From Candidatus Marinacidobacterales bacterium (GTDB lineage: Bacteria; Acidobacteriota; Vicinamibacteria; Marinacidobacterales; DATDRI01): 64,000 bases of DNA. A model generated the notes under the pieces. The model was given only the letters and a program-made list of their open reading frames with translations. It was not told the DNA's origin and did no database searches. The position numbers and the translations under genes were made by a program. Below are positions 19,260 to 29,569 of the stretch, piece by piece; within the stretch, counting starts at the first letter, position 1; each line of letters opens with the position of its first letter. The DNA lies in NCBI GenBank assembly GCA_965219415.1, contig CBDCNP010000002.1, positions 1,856,001-1,920,000 on the forward strand, given 5' to 3'.

Positions 19260-20994
19260 TCTCTAGTCGCTGATACGCTTCCATTTGCTCCGCCGAGTCG
19301 GCTTCGCGCCCGATCATCCTGTAGACTTCTGCGAGGTTCAGCCGTGCCACGGCGTAGTTAGGATCGAGGCGCACGGCTTCTTCGAAGTGGGACGTCGCCT
19401 TGACTATTTCGCCGCGTTCCGAATAGATGACGCCCAATCCGTTGTGAGGTAGAGCCACCTCGAGATTCGCAGCGACCGCCCTCTCGTAGGTTTGAATCGC
19501 TTCGTCCTTGCGTCCGGTTCGCGAGAGGACAACCCCTAGATCGTTCAGGGCCAGAGCATGCTCGGACTCGATGGAAAGTAGTTTTTGTAAGACCGGCTCC
19601 GCACTTTGGAGGTCGCCGCCAGCCAGGTGGAGCGCGGCGAGCTGATAGAGTGCTGCGACATTGTCCGGCTCGAGAGACAGTGCCTTCTGGACCGCCGCTC
19701 CTGCCTCGTCGAGACTCCCTCGCTCGCGGAACAAGTCCGCCATGAGGATGTAGGCGGCCGTCTGGTCCGGTGCCACTTGAGCGCCTAGTTGCAACACTTG
19801 AAGCGCATCGTCGGGTCGACCTTGTTCCCGATAGAGCTGGCCTAGCTCCACGTAGCTCGTCAGGGCCCCTGGCGAGACAAGCTTTTGACTTTCGAAGCGA
19901 TCGACCTTGTCTTGAAGATCACTCAGTTCCTTGAATCGCTCGAGCACTGCTTGCGCTTCCTGCGGCTGGCCGGCTCTCGCCAACAAGCGTCCGAGTTGGT
20001 AGTGCGCGTCGGCCAGGTAAGGCTGCTCTTCGATGGCGAGGCGACAGTGCTCGATCGCGGCATCGGTCTCCCCCATCGCGGTGAGAATGCGCGCCAGCTC
20101 GGCATGGGCGGGAGCGCGTACCGAAGGCCTATCGAGTGACTTTTCGAGGGCCTGGACTGCCTCCTCCCGTCGACCCAGCTTCGAAAGCGTGATGCCCAAC
20201 TGAAATTGCGCCGACCCGTTCTCCGAGTCGAGCTCCACCGCTTTTTGAAACTGTCGCCTAGCTTCTTCGAACTGTCCCGAGTTCAAATGACAGTAACCGA
20301 GATCCACGAGAAGAGACGGGGTGACCGTCCCCGCTTCCACGATCGCGTCGAATTGCCCGATGGCTTTATCGAAGTCGGCGTGATTCATGTAGGCCCGGCC
20401 GAGAGCTTTCCTTAGGCGTGGGGTGTCCACGCCAGCAGCCAGCACCTGCTCGTACGCTTGGGCCGCGTGTTCGTAAAAGCCGAGCTTCTCCATCACCGAG
20501 CCGAGTTGGGCAGACGACTGGGCATTGCCGGGGTGAAGGACGAGCGCTGCTTCGAAAGCAGCTCGCGCTTCATAAAGCCTCCCTTCGATATGGTAAGCAA
20601 CGCCGAGAAGATGCTGGACCGCCGCGTCACCAGGCTTGATTTCGAGCAACGCGCGGAACAAGTTCTGCGCCTCTTCCGCCCTTCCTTGTTCCAACCGAAT
20701 GCGCCCGAGGTTGAAAAGCGCCGGAGTGTTCTTGGAATCGCCCTTCAAGACCGCTTCGAAGTCCGACGATGCCTCCTCGACGCGCTTCATCATTAGATAG
20801 GCACTCCCTCTCAGCAGATAAGCGGGAGCAAACCCGGGGGGTGAGCTCTTAAGAAGCGGGTCGAGAAGCGCTATCGCTACTTCCGGCTGTCGCTCCTCCA
20901 AGGCTTGCTTGGCCTCGTGCAGAACTTGGCCTGTAGAAGGTGCCGACGCCTGGAGAAAAACCGAAAGGATAGCTAGCTGAACGATGCCTGCCAA
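19240..20994 (-). CDS. Tetratricopeptide repeat protein, secreted
   Basis: Continuous TPR consensus repeats after a signal peptide. Confidence 0.88.
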   Translation of the reverse strand: MAGIVQLAILSVFLQASAPSTGQVLHEAKQALEERQPEVAIALLDPLLKSSPPGFAPAYLLRGSAYLMMKRVEEASSDFEAVLKGDSKNTPALFNLGRIRLEQGRAEEAQNLFRALLEIKPGDAAVQHLLGVAYHIEGRLYEARAAFEAALVLHPGNAQSSAQLGSVMEKLGFYEHAAQAYEQVLAAGVDTPRLRKALGRAYMNHADFDKAIGQFDAIVEAGTVTPSLLVDLGYCHLNSGQFEEARRQFQKAVELDSENGSAQFQLGITLSKLGRREEAVQALEKSLDRPSVRAPAHAELARILTAMGETDAAIEHCRLAIEEQPYLADAHYQLGRLLARAGQPQEAQAVLERFKELSDLQDKVDRFESQKLVSPGALTSYVELGQLYREQGRPDDALQVLQLGAQVAPDQTAAYILMADLFRERGSLDEAGAAVQKALSLEPDNVAALYQLAALHLAGGDLQSAEPVLQKLLSIESEHALALNDLGVVLSRTGRKDEAIQTYERAVAANLEVALPHNGLGVIYSERGEIVKATSHFEEAVRLDPNYAVARLNLAEVYRMIGREADSAEQMEAYQRLENENPRD

Positions 20995-21045
20995 AGCGGA
21001 ACCCTTTTTTCTAGTTAGCCGGGCGAAGCAGAGGTGGGAGCCCGC

Positions 21046-23184
21046 TCAAGGTTGCGGGCGCGCGCTCCCCGAAACCTCCATTTGGCTCAGGAATTGCTTA
21101 ACCGCTTGCTGGTCGGGTTCGATCGCAAGCGACCGGTTGAAGGCTGCCTTCGCGGCATTGATCTTGCCGGAGTAGAACTCTGCTTCACCGAGGGCATTTA
21201 GCAGGCCAATCGACTCTCCACCGAGGTCGATCGCCTCGCGGTAAGCGGTCGCTGCTTTCTCATACCGCTCCTGTCGGAAGAGTGCCAGACCCAGCATGGT
21301 GGTCGCTTCGAAGTCTTTGGGTTCTCTCTCTAAGGCTTGACGGGCCGTTTTCTCGCCGGTCGCGGGGTCGCCCGAATATATTTCTGCTCTTGCCTTGCCC
21401 AAGCGTGCCGACTGAAGGGTTGGATCGTAGTCCAGCGCCGCTTGAAATCGCGTCGTGGCTCTTTCGTAGTTACCCGCCAAAAGGTACTTATGAGCATCAA
21501 GGAGAATTTTTTCCTCCCTGCCAACCTCTTTCACACCCATCGTGGCTAGGCGCCCCATCGGCTGGGCAGTGGGATGGATATGAAAGTCGATCCGTGCAAT
21601 ATCGCTAAAGCCGGTGGTCGCTTCCGAAAGCTCGACTTCCAACGTGTAATCCCCCGGTGCCGGAAAGGGACCCGCAAGATTCTTAAGGATGTCGACCGAG
21701 CCGTCGGCAGCGCCGATATCGGGCCGGTAGCGGTTCGTTTCGTCGAGCACCGTCTGGTCCGCGGTCTTGAGCACGAACCGAGCTTGGATCTCGAGGCTAT
21801 CCACATCCACTTTGTCCTGCGGATAATAAACCTGGAGAAATGCCAAGACGCGCTGCGTCAAACCAAAGACTTGATCGGGCTTCGGATAGAGCACCAGTCG
21901 GCCGAACGTATGCGCAAACGGTGCGTCTAATGGCACGCCCTGTAAGGAGTCCGCCTTGAAACTCGCAAACGCGCTACTCACACTCAACGCATCGGTTGGA
22001 AATGCCGGGACCGAAAGCGTACGGTTGAGCGTCGCCACCTGACGCACTACGAAATCCCGGGCGATCAGCTGGAGGTTATAGCGACCGGGAAGCAACGAAA
22101 TTTTCCTCTGATACAGGAATGGGAAATTCTGCGCTTGGTCCCAATCGTTTTCTTCTATCTTCAACTCGGCCGTGTCCCGGAACTCTTCGACGATCTCCCC
22201 GTCGGCCGTCGTCACCGTCCCGAAGAGATCGATGCGGCCTCGCATGCCATCTTCGTACTGATTCACGTGAAGATCTTCGGCTTTAATCTCGAGTGCGATG
22301 TGGACGTCGGTGAAGTCGTCTCGACCGCGAAAATAGTCCGTCTCGATTTCGACCGGGAGATCCCTACCGAAGGAAACGTCGGCCGTGACGCGTGATGCGA
22401 TGTCGCGATTGAGGTGCTCGAACGTGTAGCCGGGCATAGTAATCAGCATGAGCACTTCTTCGGAGGCGTGACCGGTGTAGCCGGGTCCAATCCCCACCGC
22501 CGCGTCCATAATCTCAAGATCGAACTCCTGCCGCCATTGGTACGGGATGTTGTTGCCAAAGCCGACTTGTGCCGCAATCGCCTTATCGCCGATGAGCCCC
22601 TTCATGCCATCGAAGACGGGGCTGTAGAGCCGGTACTCACCGACCCCGTGTCGCCTGAAGAACATGAAGCGAGGAGCGGTGGGCACTCCGCGGATTTGGA
22701 GTCCTTGATACTGCCAGACCTCGAGGGGGACGAGACGTTGGGTATTCGGGTGAGTCATGATGTCGTGAGGGGCCCCGAGCGTGATGTACATCTGACCCCG
22801 CTCGGTGCGCCATCCCGGACGCGCCTCGCGAAACTTCTTATCCGCTTCCTTCATCCTCTTGTAATGCTCTTCCTGAAACTCGTTGGTCAAGGTCTCCGGA
22901 ATCGGATCCCGAACCTGCCAGAAACTCTCCATGAAGGCGTCTCGTTCCCGGTCGGTCCTCAACTCCAGGAACTTCTCCCGCTCCTTGGGTAGCATGATGT
23001 AGATCGCGTCCTTATCAAGGAACGTCTTGTACTTCTTGCCGAGATCGTCCGTCTCGTCGCCCGCCGCCGGCCTGGCCGGCAGGGAAAGACTCGCGGCGAG
23101 AATTCCCACCGTCAATAGCGTGGATACCAGCCCGTAGGGGCGTCGATGATTTAGATCGAGTCGGTCGGAAATGGGTGTTTTCAT
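21046..23184 (-). CDS. GWxTD-domain protein with C-terminal TPRs
   Basis: FWQVRDP..NEFQEEHYKR..PGWRTERGQMYITLGAP; start uncertain. Confidence 0.88.
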   Translation of the reverse strand: MKTPISDRLDLNHRRPYGLVSTLLTVGILAASLSLPARPAAGDETDDLGKKYKTFLDKDAIYIMLPKEREKFLELRTDRERDAFMESFWQVRDPIPETLTNEFQEEHYKRMKEADKKFREARPGWRTERGQMYITLGAPHDIMTHPNTQRLVPLEVWQYQGLQIRGVPTAPRFMFFRRHGVGEYRLYSPVFDGMKGLIGDKAIAAQVGFGNNIPYQWRQEFDLEIMDAAVGIGPGYTGHASEEVLMLITMPGYTFEHLNRDIASRVTADVSFGRDLPVEIETDYFRGRDDFTDVHIALEIKAEDLHVNQYEDGMRGRIDLFGTVTTADGEIVEEFRDTAELKIEENDWDQAQNFPFLYQRKISLLPGRYNLQLIARDFVVRQVATLNRTLSVPAFPTDALSVSSAFASFKADSLQGVPLDAPFAHTFGRLVLYPKPDQVFGLTQRVLAFLQVYYPQDKVDVDSLEIQARFVLKTADQTVLDETNRYRPDIGAADGSVDILKNLAGPFPAPGDYTLEVELSEATTGFSDIARIDFHIHPTAQPMGRLATMGVKEVGREEKILLDAHKYLLAGNYERATTRFQAALDYDPTLQSARLGKARAEIYSGDPATGEKTARQALEREPKDFEATTMLGLALFRQERYEKAATAYREAIDLGGESIGLLNALGEAEFYSGKINAAKAAFNRSLAIEPDQQAVKQFLSQMEVSGSARPQP

Positions 23185-23338
23185 GGCGGGTACAAAGCCT
23201 CCAGTTCTTCCTAAGTCTTCTCTAGAACACAAGATAGCACGCGATCGGGCCTCCATCAAACCAAGGATCGGCTCATCCGTGGGCTCCGGGTCGGACTTGC
23301 GTTTAGGCCTATCTATTGGTAAAAAGGGATGTTACACG

Positions 23339-25012
23339 ATGGCACCCTTCCGTTTCGCTCGTTTCAGTGAGAGTCGCCGGTGCGTTCAGGCCAGCCATAA
23401 CCGCTCTTCCTTCTCGTCCGCCCTGTTCCTCCTGTCGCTCCTGTTGCTCCCCTTCACGCCCCGCCAAGTTGACGGATTCGCCGCGCAGCGACAAATGGAG
23501 CAGGTAACGGTCGTGGGTCCCCGTGGGCGCCAAGCTATCCCTATTAGCGAGTTTGCCAGCGTCCCGATGGTCCCGCTGGATGAGCTCAACCGTTTCGTTC
23601 GGAGCTCGATCCGTACCGACGCCGATTCCGCCTCGGCGACATTCATAGTCGGCAACCGGTCGGCAAAGATTTCCTCTGGCCGTTCACTCGTGCCAGTCGA
23701 AGGCAAGCTCATCCTGCTCTCCGCACCGATCACCGCCCGGGCGGGACGATGGTTCGTACCGCTTGATTTCCTCGAGAAGGTTCTCCCGGAAGTTACTAGG
23801 CAGAAGATCACTTACGAAGAAGACTCTCGTCTGCTCGTACTCGGGGAGGGCTTCCCAGAGCTCAATGTTCACAGTTTCCCCTACCCCGCGTACACGCGGA
23901 TCGTGCTCGAAGCCACTTCTGAAGTTGACTTTCAGGTGACTCAAGCAGGAGACCAAGTCCGCGTCTTCATGCCGATCGGCTATCTGGAATCCGACTTCTC
24001 GAATGAGGAGCTCCGGGACGGTGTCGTGGACAGCATGACGCTTGCCCGACAAAGGGACGGTTACTTGCTTCTCGTGAATCTGGGCGAGAGATTCGGGACG
24101 CTCAAGGCGTTCGAGCTGGATAGTCCTTCGCGGATGGTGCTCGATCTTTTTCGTAGCCGCGTCCCTACCACTCCCGAGATCATTTCTCCACCGGCTCCAG
24201 GGCCGGAGTTGCCAACCGGCAACACGGGTATTCCAGCACCGCCGCGGCCGACCGTTCCCGACGACCGTACTCCGCGCTCCGACCGACGACCCGGTGTCTT
24301 GACCACGATAACTCTCGATCCAGGCCACGGCGGCTCGGAGACCGGCGCCACCGGCCGAAACGGTTTGCAGGAAAAGGATGTAGCGCTGGCGGTGGCCAGG
24401 CGGTTACACCGATTGTTGGAGGACCGCTTGGGCGTTCGCGTTTTGTTGACCAGAGACTCTGATTCGTTTCTATCTCTGGACGATAGAACCGCACTCGCCA
24501 ACAACAACAAATCTGATCTTTTCCTCAGCATCCACGCCAACGCGTCACCTCGACAGACGGCGCGCGGTAGCGAAGTCTACTACCTTGCCTATCAAGCGTC
24601 CGATGAAGACTCTCGCCGGCTTGCGGCCACTGAGAATGCCGGTCCCCAACGAACGGCCGCTCACCGCACTACCGATCTCGAGTTCATTCTTTGGGATATG
24701 GCCCAGGCAACTCACTTGAACGAATCCGCTACCTTGGCTGAGTTGCTACAGGACGAGTTGCAAGCCAATCGCGCCGACGCCAGGAATCGAGGTATCAAGC
24801 AGGCACCGTTTCGCGTTCTAATGGGCGCCACCATGCCATCGGCACTGATCGAGATCGGATTCGTTACCAATCCCGAAGAAGAAAGACGACTCAGATCCAC
24901 CGAGTACCAGGATCAACTGGCGAATGCAATCTTTCGCGGCGTCGTGAAATACAAAGAGCGCTACGAGCGTACTTTGAGCGTGGGCGGCTCGCCTTCTGGA
25001 CAGAGACCTTAA
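23339..25012 (+). CDS. N-acetylmuramoyl-L-alanine amidase (Amidase_3)
   Basis: LDPGHGG, EKDVAL, LFLSIHANA, ALIEIGF. Confidence 0.93.
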   Translation: MAPFRFARFSESRRCVQASHNRSSFSSALFLLSLLLLPFTPRQVDGFAAQRQMEQVTVVGPRGRQAIPISEFASVPMVPLDELNRFVRSSIRTDADSASATFIVGNRSAKISSGRSLVPVEGKLILLSAPITARAGRWFVPLDFLEKVLPEVTRQKITYEEDSRLLVLGEGFPELNVHSFPYPAYTRIVLEATSEVDFQVTQAGDQVRVFMPIGYLESDFSNEELRDGVVDSMTLARQRDGYLLLVNLGERFGTLKAFELDSPSRMVLDLFRSRVPTTPEIISPPAPGPELPTGNTGIPAPPRPTVPDDRTPRSDRRPGVLTTITLDPGHGGSETGATGRNGLQEKDVALAVARRLHRLLEDRLGVRVLLTRDSDSFLSLDDRTALANNNKSDLFLSIHANASPRQTARGSEVYYLAYQASDEDSRRLAATENAGPQRTAAHRTTDLEFILWDMAQATHLNESATLAELLQDELQANRADARNRGIKQAPFRVLMGATMPSALIEIGFVTNPEEERRLRSTEYQDQLANAIFRGVVKYKERYERTLSVGGSPSGQRP

Positions 25013-25681
25013 GTGACGAAGAAGGGTCTCATCGCCGCGATCGCGATCGCGGTCTTCCTGATCGCGACGATTGTCACGTTGACTCTGTGGCTCTTCGACG
25101 AGCCCGCCACCGAACCCGCAACCGCCGAAGCGCTGGTCGCGCTGGTCGGAGAGCGTTTGGACGTCCCTCTCTCCTCTGGAGGCCCTGCAAACCCTGCTAA
25201 CCCTGCTAACAACGAAGAGCGGGACGTCTCGGCCGAGCGTCGCATCCGGATCACGCTCTACCTGGTTTCCCGGTCAGGAAAAACACTCGCCCTCGAGGAC
25301 AGAGAAATCCCATTGGCAGACTCGGTGCAAGAGCAGGCGAAGCAAGTCATCCGTGAGCTTCTTGCCGGCTCGCGCCAGAACTTGGCTTCCCCGCTTCCGA
25401 GAGGGGTGCAATTGAGGGAGCTCTTCATAACCCCCCAGGGCTTGGCCTTCGTGGACTTCTCGCAGGAGCTCGTCGCAAATCACGTGGGCGGCACGGTCGC
25501 CGAGGAGCTCACCGTGTACAGCCTCTCCAACACTTTGATTGCGAATTTCCCTGCCGTGAAAAGCGTCCATTTCTTGGTGGAGGGTCGCGAAGTCCCGACT
25601 TTGGCCGGTCACCTCGATCTTACGATTCCCTACGGACGCGGCCCGCTTCGGCTGGAACAGGATCAACCGGCCGGCCCCTAA
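25013..25681 (+). CDS. GerMN domain protein
   Basis: [34 protein letters not shown]; synteny with amidase and rph. Confidence 0.85.
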   Translation: MTKKGLIAAIAIAVFLIATIVTLTLWLFDEPATEPATAEALVALVGERLDVPLSSGGPANPANPANNEERDVSAERRIRITLYLVSRSGKTLALEDREIPLADSVQEQAKQVIRELLAGSRQNLASPLPRGVQLRELFITPQGLAFVDFSQELVANHVGGTVAEELTVYSLSNTLIANFPAVKSVHFLVEGREVPTLAGHLDLTIPYGRGPLRLEQDQPAGP

Positions 25682-25689
25682 AGAGCAAC

Positions 25690-26439
25690 GTGAAACGGGA
25701 AGACGGCCGGCGCATAGACGAGATGCGCCCTATCTCCATCAGCCCGCATTACCTCCGCCACGCCGAGGGATCGGTACTTATCCAAGTCGGTGAAACAAAA
25801 GTCATCTGCTCGGCAACCATCGAACCGAAGGTGCCACCCTTCCTCAAGGGATCGGGGAAGGGTTGGATTACCGCCGAGTACGGCATGATCCCCCGTTCGT
25901 CTGCTCAGAGGATTTCTCGTGAGTCGAGCCGTGGAAAAGTTTCCGGACGCACTCAGGAGATTCAGCGTCTCATCGGACGCTCGCTCCGAGCGGTTGTAGA
26001 CTTGAAGCGCCTAGGGGAAAGGACCGTCTGGATCGACTGCGATGTGATCCAAGCGGACGGCGGAACCCGCACCGCTTCGATTTCCGGCGCGTTCGTCGCC
26101 TTAGCCCTTGCACTAAGAAAGGCCGTCGAGCAAGGTTCACTCAAGGTCTTCCCAGCCCGCGACTTCGTTGCCGCTACCAGTGTCGGCGTGGTCGAAGGAG
26201 AGCTGCTCCTCGATCTCAATTACCCGGAGGACTCGACCGCCGAAGTCGACATGAACGTCGTCAAGACCGGTAAGGGTCGTTTCGTCGAGCTGCAGGGCAC
26301 CGCAGAGTCCGAGCCTTTCGATCAAGACCAGCTCTCGGAGCTGTTGAAGATTGCTCAAAAGGGGATCGATGGAATTGTGCAACACCAAAGCGAGGTGCTG
26401 GGACCCTTGAGCTTCCTTCCCTCCACCGCGGAAAGTTGA
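25690..26439 (+). CDS. rph: Ribonuclease PH
   Basis: [44 protein letters not shown]. Confidence 0.97.
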   Translation: MKREDGRRIDEMRPISISPHYLRHAEGSVLIQVGETKVICSATIEPKVPPFLKGSGKGWITAEYGMIPRSSAQRISRESSRGKVSGRTQEIQRLIGRSLRAVVDLKRLGERTVWIDCDVIQADGGTRTASISGAFVALALALRKAVEQGSLKVFPARDFVAATSVGVVEGELLLDLNYPEDSTAEVDMNVVKTGKGRFVELQGTAESEPFDQDQLSELLKIAQKGIDGIVQHQSEVLGPLSFLPSTAES

Positions 26440-27038
26440 AACTCCTTCTCGCCACTCGAAACCCGGGAAAGATCCGAGAACAAGGGGCGGCCCTTGCCGT
26501 CTGCGGAGTGGAAGTCGTTGGACTGGACGACTGGCCCGATCTCGCCTCACCGGAAGAACCAGGTCCGACCTTTCTAGACAACGCGATCGTCAAGGCGATG
26601 TATTACCACCGAGCCACCCGCCTGGCCGCGCTCGGTGAGGACTCCGGGCTCGAGGTCGAAGCACTCGGGGGTGAGCCGGGCATCCATTCGGCGCGCTGGA
26701 TGGGAGAGAAAACCTCCTACGACATCAAGAATGCCAAGTTGATCGAAGAACTCGCGGGCCTACCTGCGACCCAGCGCAAGGCGCGCTTCGTCAGCACCGC
26801 CGCCATCGCGGATCGAGAGACGATCATCTTCAAGACCGTAGCGAACATCGAGGGACTCATCGCCGAAGCCCCTCGTGGAAAGGGTGGCTTTGGTTACGAT
26901 CCTATCTTCTATTACCCGCCCATCGGTAAGTGCTTCGCCGAGCTCAGCCTCGAGGAAAAGCGCCTCTACGATCATCGGGGGAAAGCCATGGCTCGCGTTT
27001 GTGAGTTTCTTGACCGATCGCGCGAATCGGCCCTATAA
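26436..27038 (+). CDS. rdgB: dITP/XTP pyrophosphatase (HAM1 family)
   Basis: [37 protein letters not shown] (SHR motif is DHR). Confidence 0.93.
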   Translation: MKLLLATRNPGKIREQGAALAVCGVEVVGLDDWPDLASPEEPGPTFLDNAIVKAMYYHRATRLAALGEDSGLEVEALGGEPGIHSARWMGEKTSYDIKNAKLIEELAGLPATQRKARFVSTAAIADRETIIFKTVANIEGLIAEAPRGKGGFGYDPIFYYPPIGKCFAELSLEEKRLYDHRGKAMARVCEFLDRSRESAL

Positions 27039-27039
27039 T
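27010..27039 (+). promoter_or_regulatory. Sigma70-type promoter of the tRNA cluster
   Basis: TTGACC-18 bp-TATAAT just upstream of tRNA-Pro. Confidence 0.7.
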
Positions 27040-27051
27040 AGTTGGTTTACG

Positions 27052-27129
27052 CGGGGCGTAGCGCAGCCTGGTTAGCGCGCCTGCCTTGGGAGCAGGAGGT
27101 CGGCAGTTCAAATCTGCCCGCCCCGACCA
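27052..27129 (+). tRNA. tRNA-Pro(TGG)
   Basis: Cloverleaf; anticodon arm CCTGC-CT TGG GA-GCAGG; CCA end. Confidence 0.96.
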
Positions 27130-27192
27130 CGTACTCCGCGCGGGGCGCCCTGGCAAGAGGCGGCAGGAGATGAAGCCCGCGGAGCGCATATT

Positions 27193-27269
27193 GCGCCTGT
27201 AGCTCAGCTGGATAGAGCAGCGGCCTTCTAAGCCGCGGGTCAGAGGTTCGAGTCCTCTCAGGCGTGCCA
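27193..27269 (+). tRNA. tRNA-Arg(TCT)
   Basis: GCGGC-CT TCT AA-GCCGC; CCA end. Confidence 0.96.
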
Positions 27270-27276
27270 GTATTAG

Positions 27277-27350
27277 ATGGACCGACCAAATGGAAATGCG
27301 CTGGTCGCTCGAACTCTTCCTCTCCCTCAGGGAGAGGGTAGGATGAGGGG
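27277..27350. repeat. REP-like tRNA-spacer repeat (R3)
   Basis: ATGGACCG...CCTCTCCCTCAGGGAGAGG palindrome; homologues at 49430-49596. Confidence 0.65.
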
Positions 27351-27356
27351 TCTTAT

Positions 27357-27433
27357 GGTGAGTGTAGCTCAGTTGGTAGAGCACCGGATTGTGGTTCCGG
27401 TGGTCGCGGGTTCGAGCCCCGTCACTCACCCCA
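27357..27433 (+). tRNA. tRNA-His(GTG)
   Basis: CCGGA-TT GTG GT-TCCGG, G-1, CCA end. Confidence 0.96.
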
Positions 27434-27616
27434 ACACTTAGTGCTCGCTCGCGGCTCTCGCTCCTCGCTCGAGCCCAAAACCCGGCCAGGTTCCCTTAAG
27501 CGTTCCCCTAACTCAATTCCTCTTGGCCAGCGACCCTTGCGGGCCGCTAACAGTGGGTGCCGGACCTCTGCACTTCCCAGAGAGCTTAGGTTCTCTGTAG
27601 CTCACGGACTCCCGCA

Positions 27617-29077
27617 GGGGATGTCCCGCCGGATGTTGAATTTGGGGTAGCGGCGGCTCCTTGGCCGGCCTAAGAATTAGGTCTGCCAAACAACCGTCTC
27701 CAGAGGGGGACAAGGAGCCACCAATGCCTAGGAAATCAAAGAAGCCAGTAAGAAAGCAAACGCACTCGCCTACGGGCAAGGTAGTTGGCCAAGTCGGTCA
27801 GATACTGCTACCGATGATAGCTGGGATCGCGGCCACGAAGGCGGAACTGACGGAATGGGTGTACGAGCAAGGACTGACAGCTCTGCACCTACTGCTCAGA
27901 GAGGACGCCGAGGAGATCGCGGGGCTCAAGGGCAAGCACGAGAAGGAGCGAACTCATAACCACTGGGGGAGCACGAACGGAGAGCTGAGCTTCGGTGGTC
28001 GTCGCATCCAAGTGTCGCGACCTCGAGTTCGCTCGAAGTCGGGCGAGGAGGCGTCGCTTCCACACTTCGAAGCCTTCCGCGAAGAAGACCCGCTTCCAGA
28101 GCGAGTGTTGAATCAGATCTTGGTGGGGGTATCGACCCGAAATTACGAATCGAGTCTGAACAAACCCGCGGCCAAGTTGAAGTCTCGTGGCACGAGTAAG
28201 AGTGCCGCCAGCCGTCACCTCGTGAGCCAGACGACTAAGAAGCTCGAGGAATACCTGTCTCGGCGGCTAGAGGAGTTCGAGCTTGCGGCACTGATGCTGG
28301 ATGGCCTTGAGGTGGCCGGACAGACCGTCGTCGTAACTCTAGGTATCACAATAGATGGAACGAAGGTGCCCCTGGGTATATGGCTGGGCTCGACGGAGAA
28401 CTCTCGGGTGTGCACCGCGATGTTGCAGGACCTTCTCGAGCGGGGCTTGCGCGTCGATGAGTCGATTCTCTGCGTAGTGGACGGAGGCAAAGGCATCCGC
28501 AAGGCACTCGTCGACGTTTTGGGGGACCTCGCGGTCATCCAAAGGTGCCAGATCCATAAACTCCGGAATCTTCGCTCGTACCTTCCCAAGTCTCGTCACG
28601 CCTACGTGCTCCAGACGATGAAGGAAGCCTACAAGTGCAAGAGTGCCGACAAGGCGCGCAAGCGACTTCAGGCATTGGTGTCGTGGCTCGAGCGAAACGG
28701 CTACGACGAAGCTGCCGGAAGCCTTCGTGAAGGGATGGAAGAGACACTCACGGTCGTGAAGCTCGCGCTGCCCGCCTTACTTCGCCAGTCTCTTGCCACG
28801 ACGAACGCCATTGAGAATCTCAACGGAACCATTCGCAGAGTATCGAGAAACCTCAAGCGTTGGAAGAGTCCTTCCATGGTTCGCCGATGGACCGCTCTTG
28901 GCGTCGTCACCGCGCAGAAAAAGTTCCGGCGTATCAAAGGCTATCGCCATATGGGCGCTCTCGTTCACGCACTTAGAAGCAAACAGAAATCTCTTGACAG
29001 CGATGAGTTTGCTGCCTAAGAGTATTCACAGGTGCCGCCGCTACCCGACCAAATTCAACAGCGGCCGGGACATCCCC
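27617..29077 (+). mobile_element. IS256 family type A, copy 1 (transposase 27724-29019)
   Basis: TIR GGGGATGTCCC/GGGACATCCCC, 8-bp TSD CTCCCGCA, LMLDG/VDGGKG/QRCQIHK/TTNAIE motifs. Confidence 0.96.
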
Positions 29078-29505
29078 CTCCCGCAACAAAAGCAGCACTG
29101 TTCACGACACGACTGGTCGCAGTGGCTCCTGGCCCCCTGTCCATTCTCGTCACCGCAGTAGCGTCGCTCGTGTTCTTCCTTCTCCGGGTGGCAGGATGAA
29201 ACCTTGGGGCAAGCATGAAGGGTCACGCCCTCAGAAAGGTACTGCTTCCACCCCGCTGCATCGTGACCGGCAGGGAAGCAGTAGCCCCATGTCTTGCAGA
29301 GCTTCGGGTCTCTACCGTGGGCAGAAGAGGCACGCCGCTTGTACTCGTCTTTGCCGTGACTGTGACCCTCCTTCTCTGGATCCAACTCTACTTCCTTGGC
29401 GGGCTTGGAAGGCTCCTTCTTCTCCTTGACCTCGCCTGGGCTGGCCGAACCGACCAGCGGGGCGCAGAACAACAGTGACAAGGCTGCAACGCCGAGGGTT
29501 TTCAT
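29078..29505 (-). CDS. Cys-rich secreted protein; last codons displaced by IS256
   Basis: GAGG RBS, signal peptide, about 11 Cys; the native end reconstructs as CCFCCGSP* at 27602-27616. Confidence 0.6.
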
Positions 29506-29569
29506 TGGCTTCCCCTCCTCTAGATACTCCTAACCTCTAGCGGCCGGGGAAACTGAAGGCTTGTAGATG

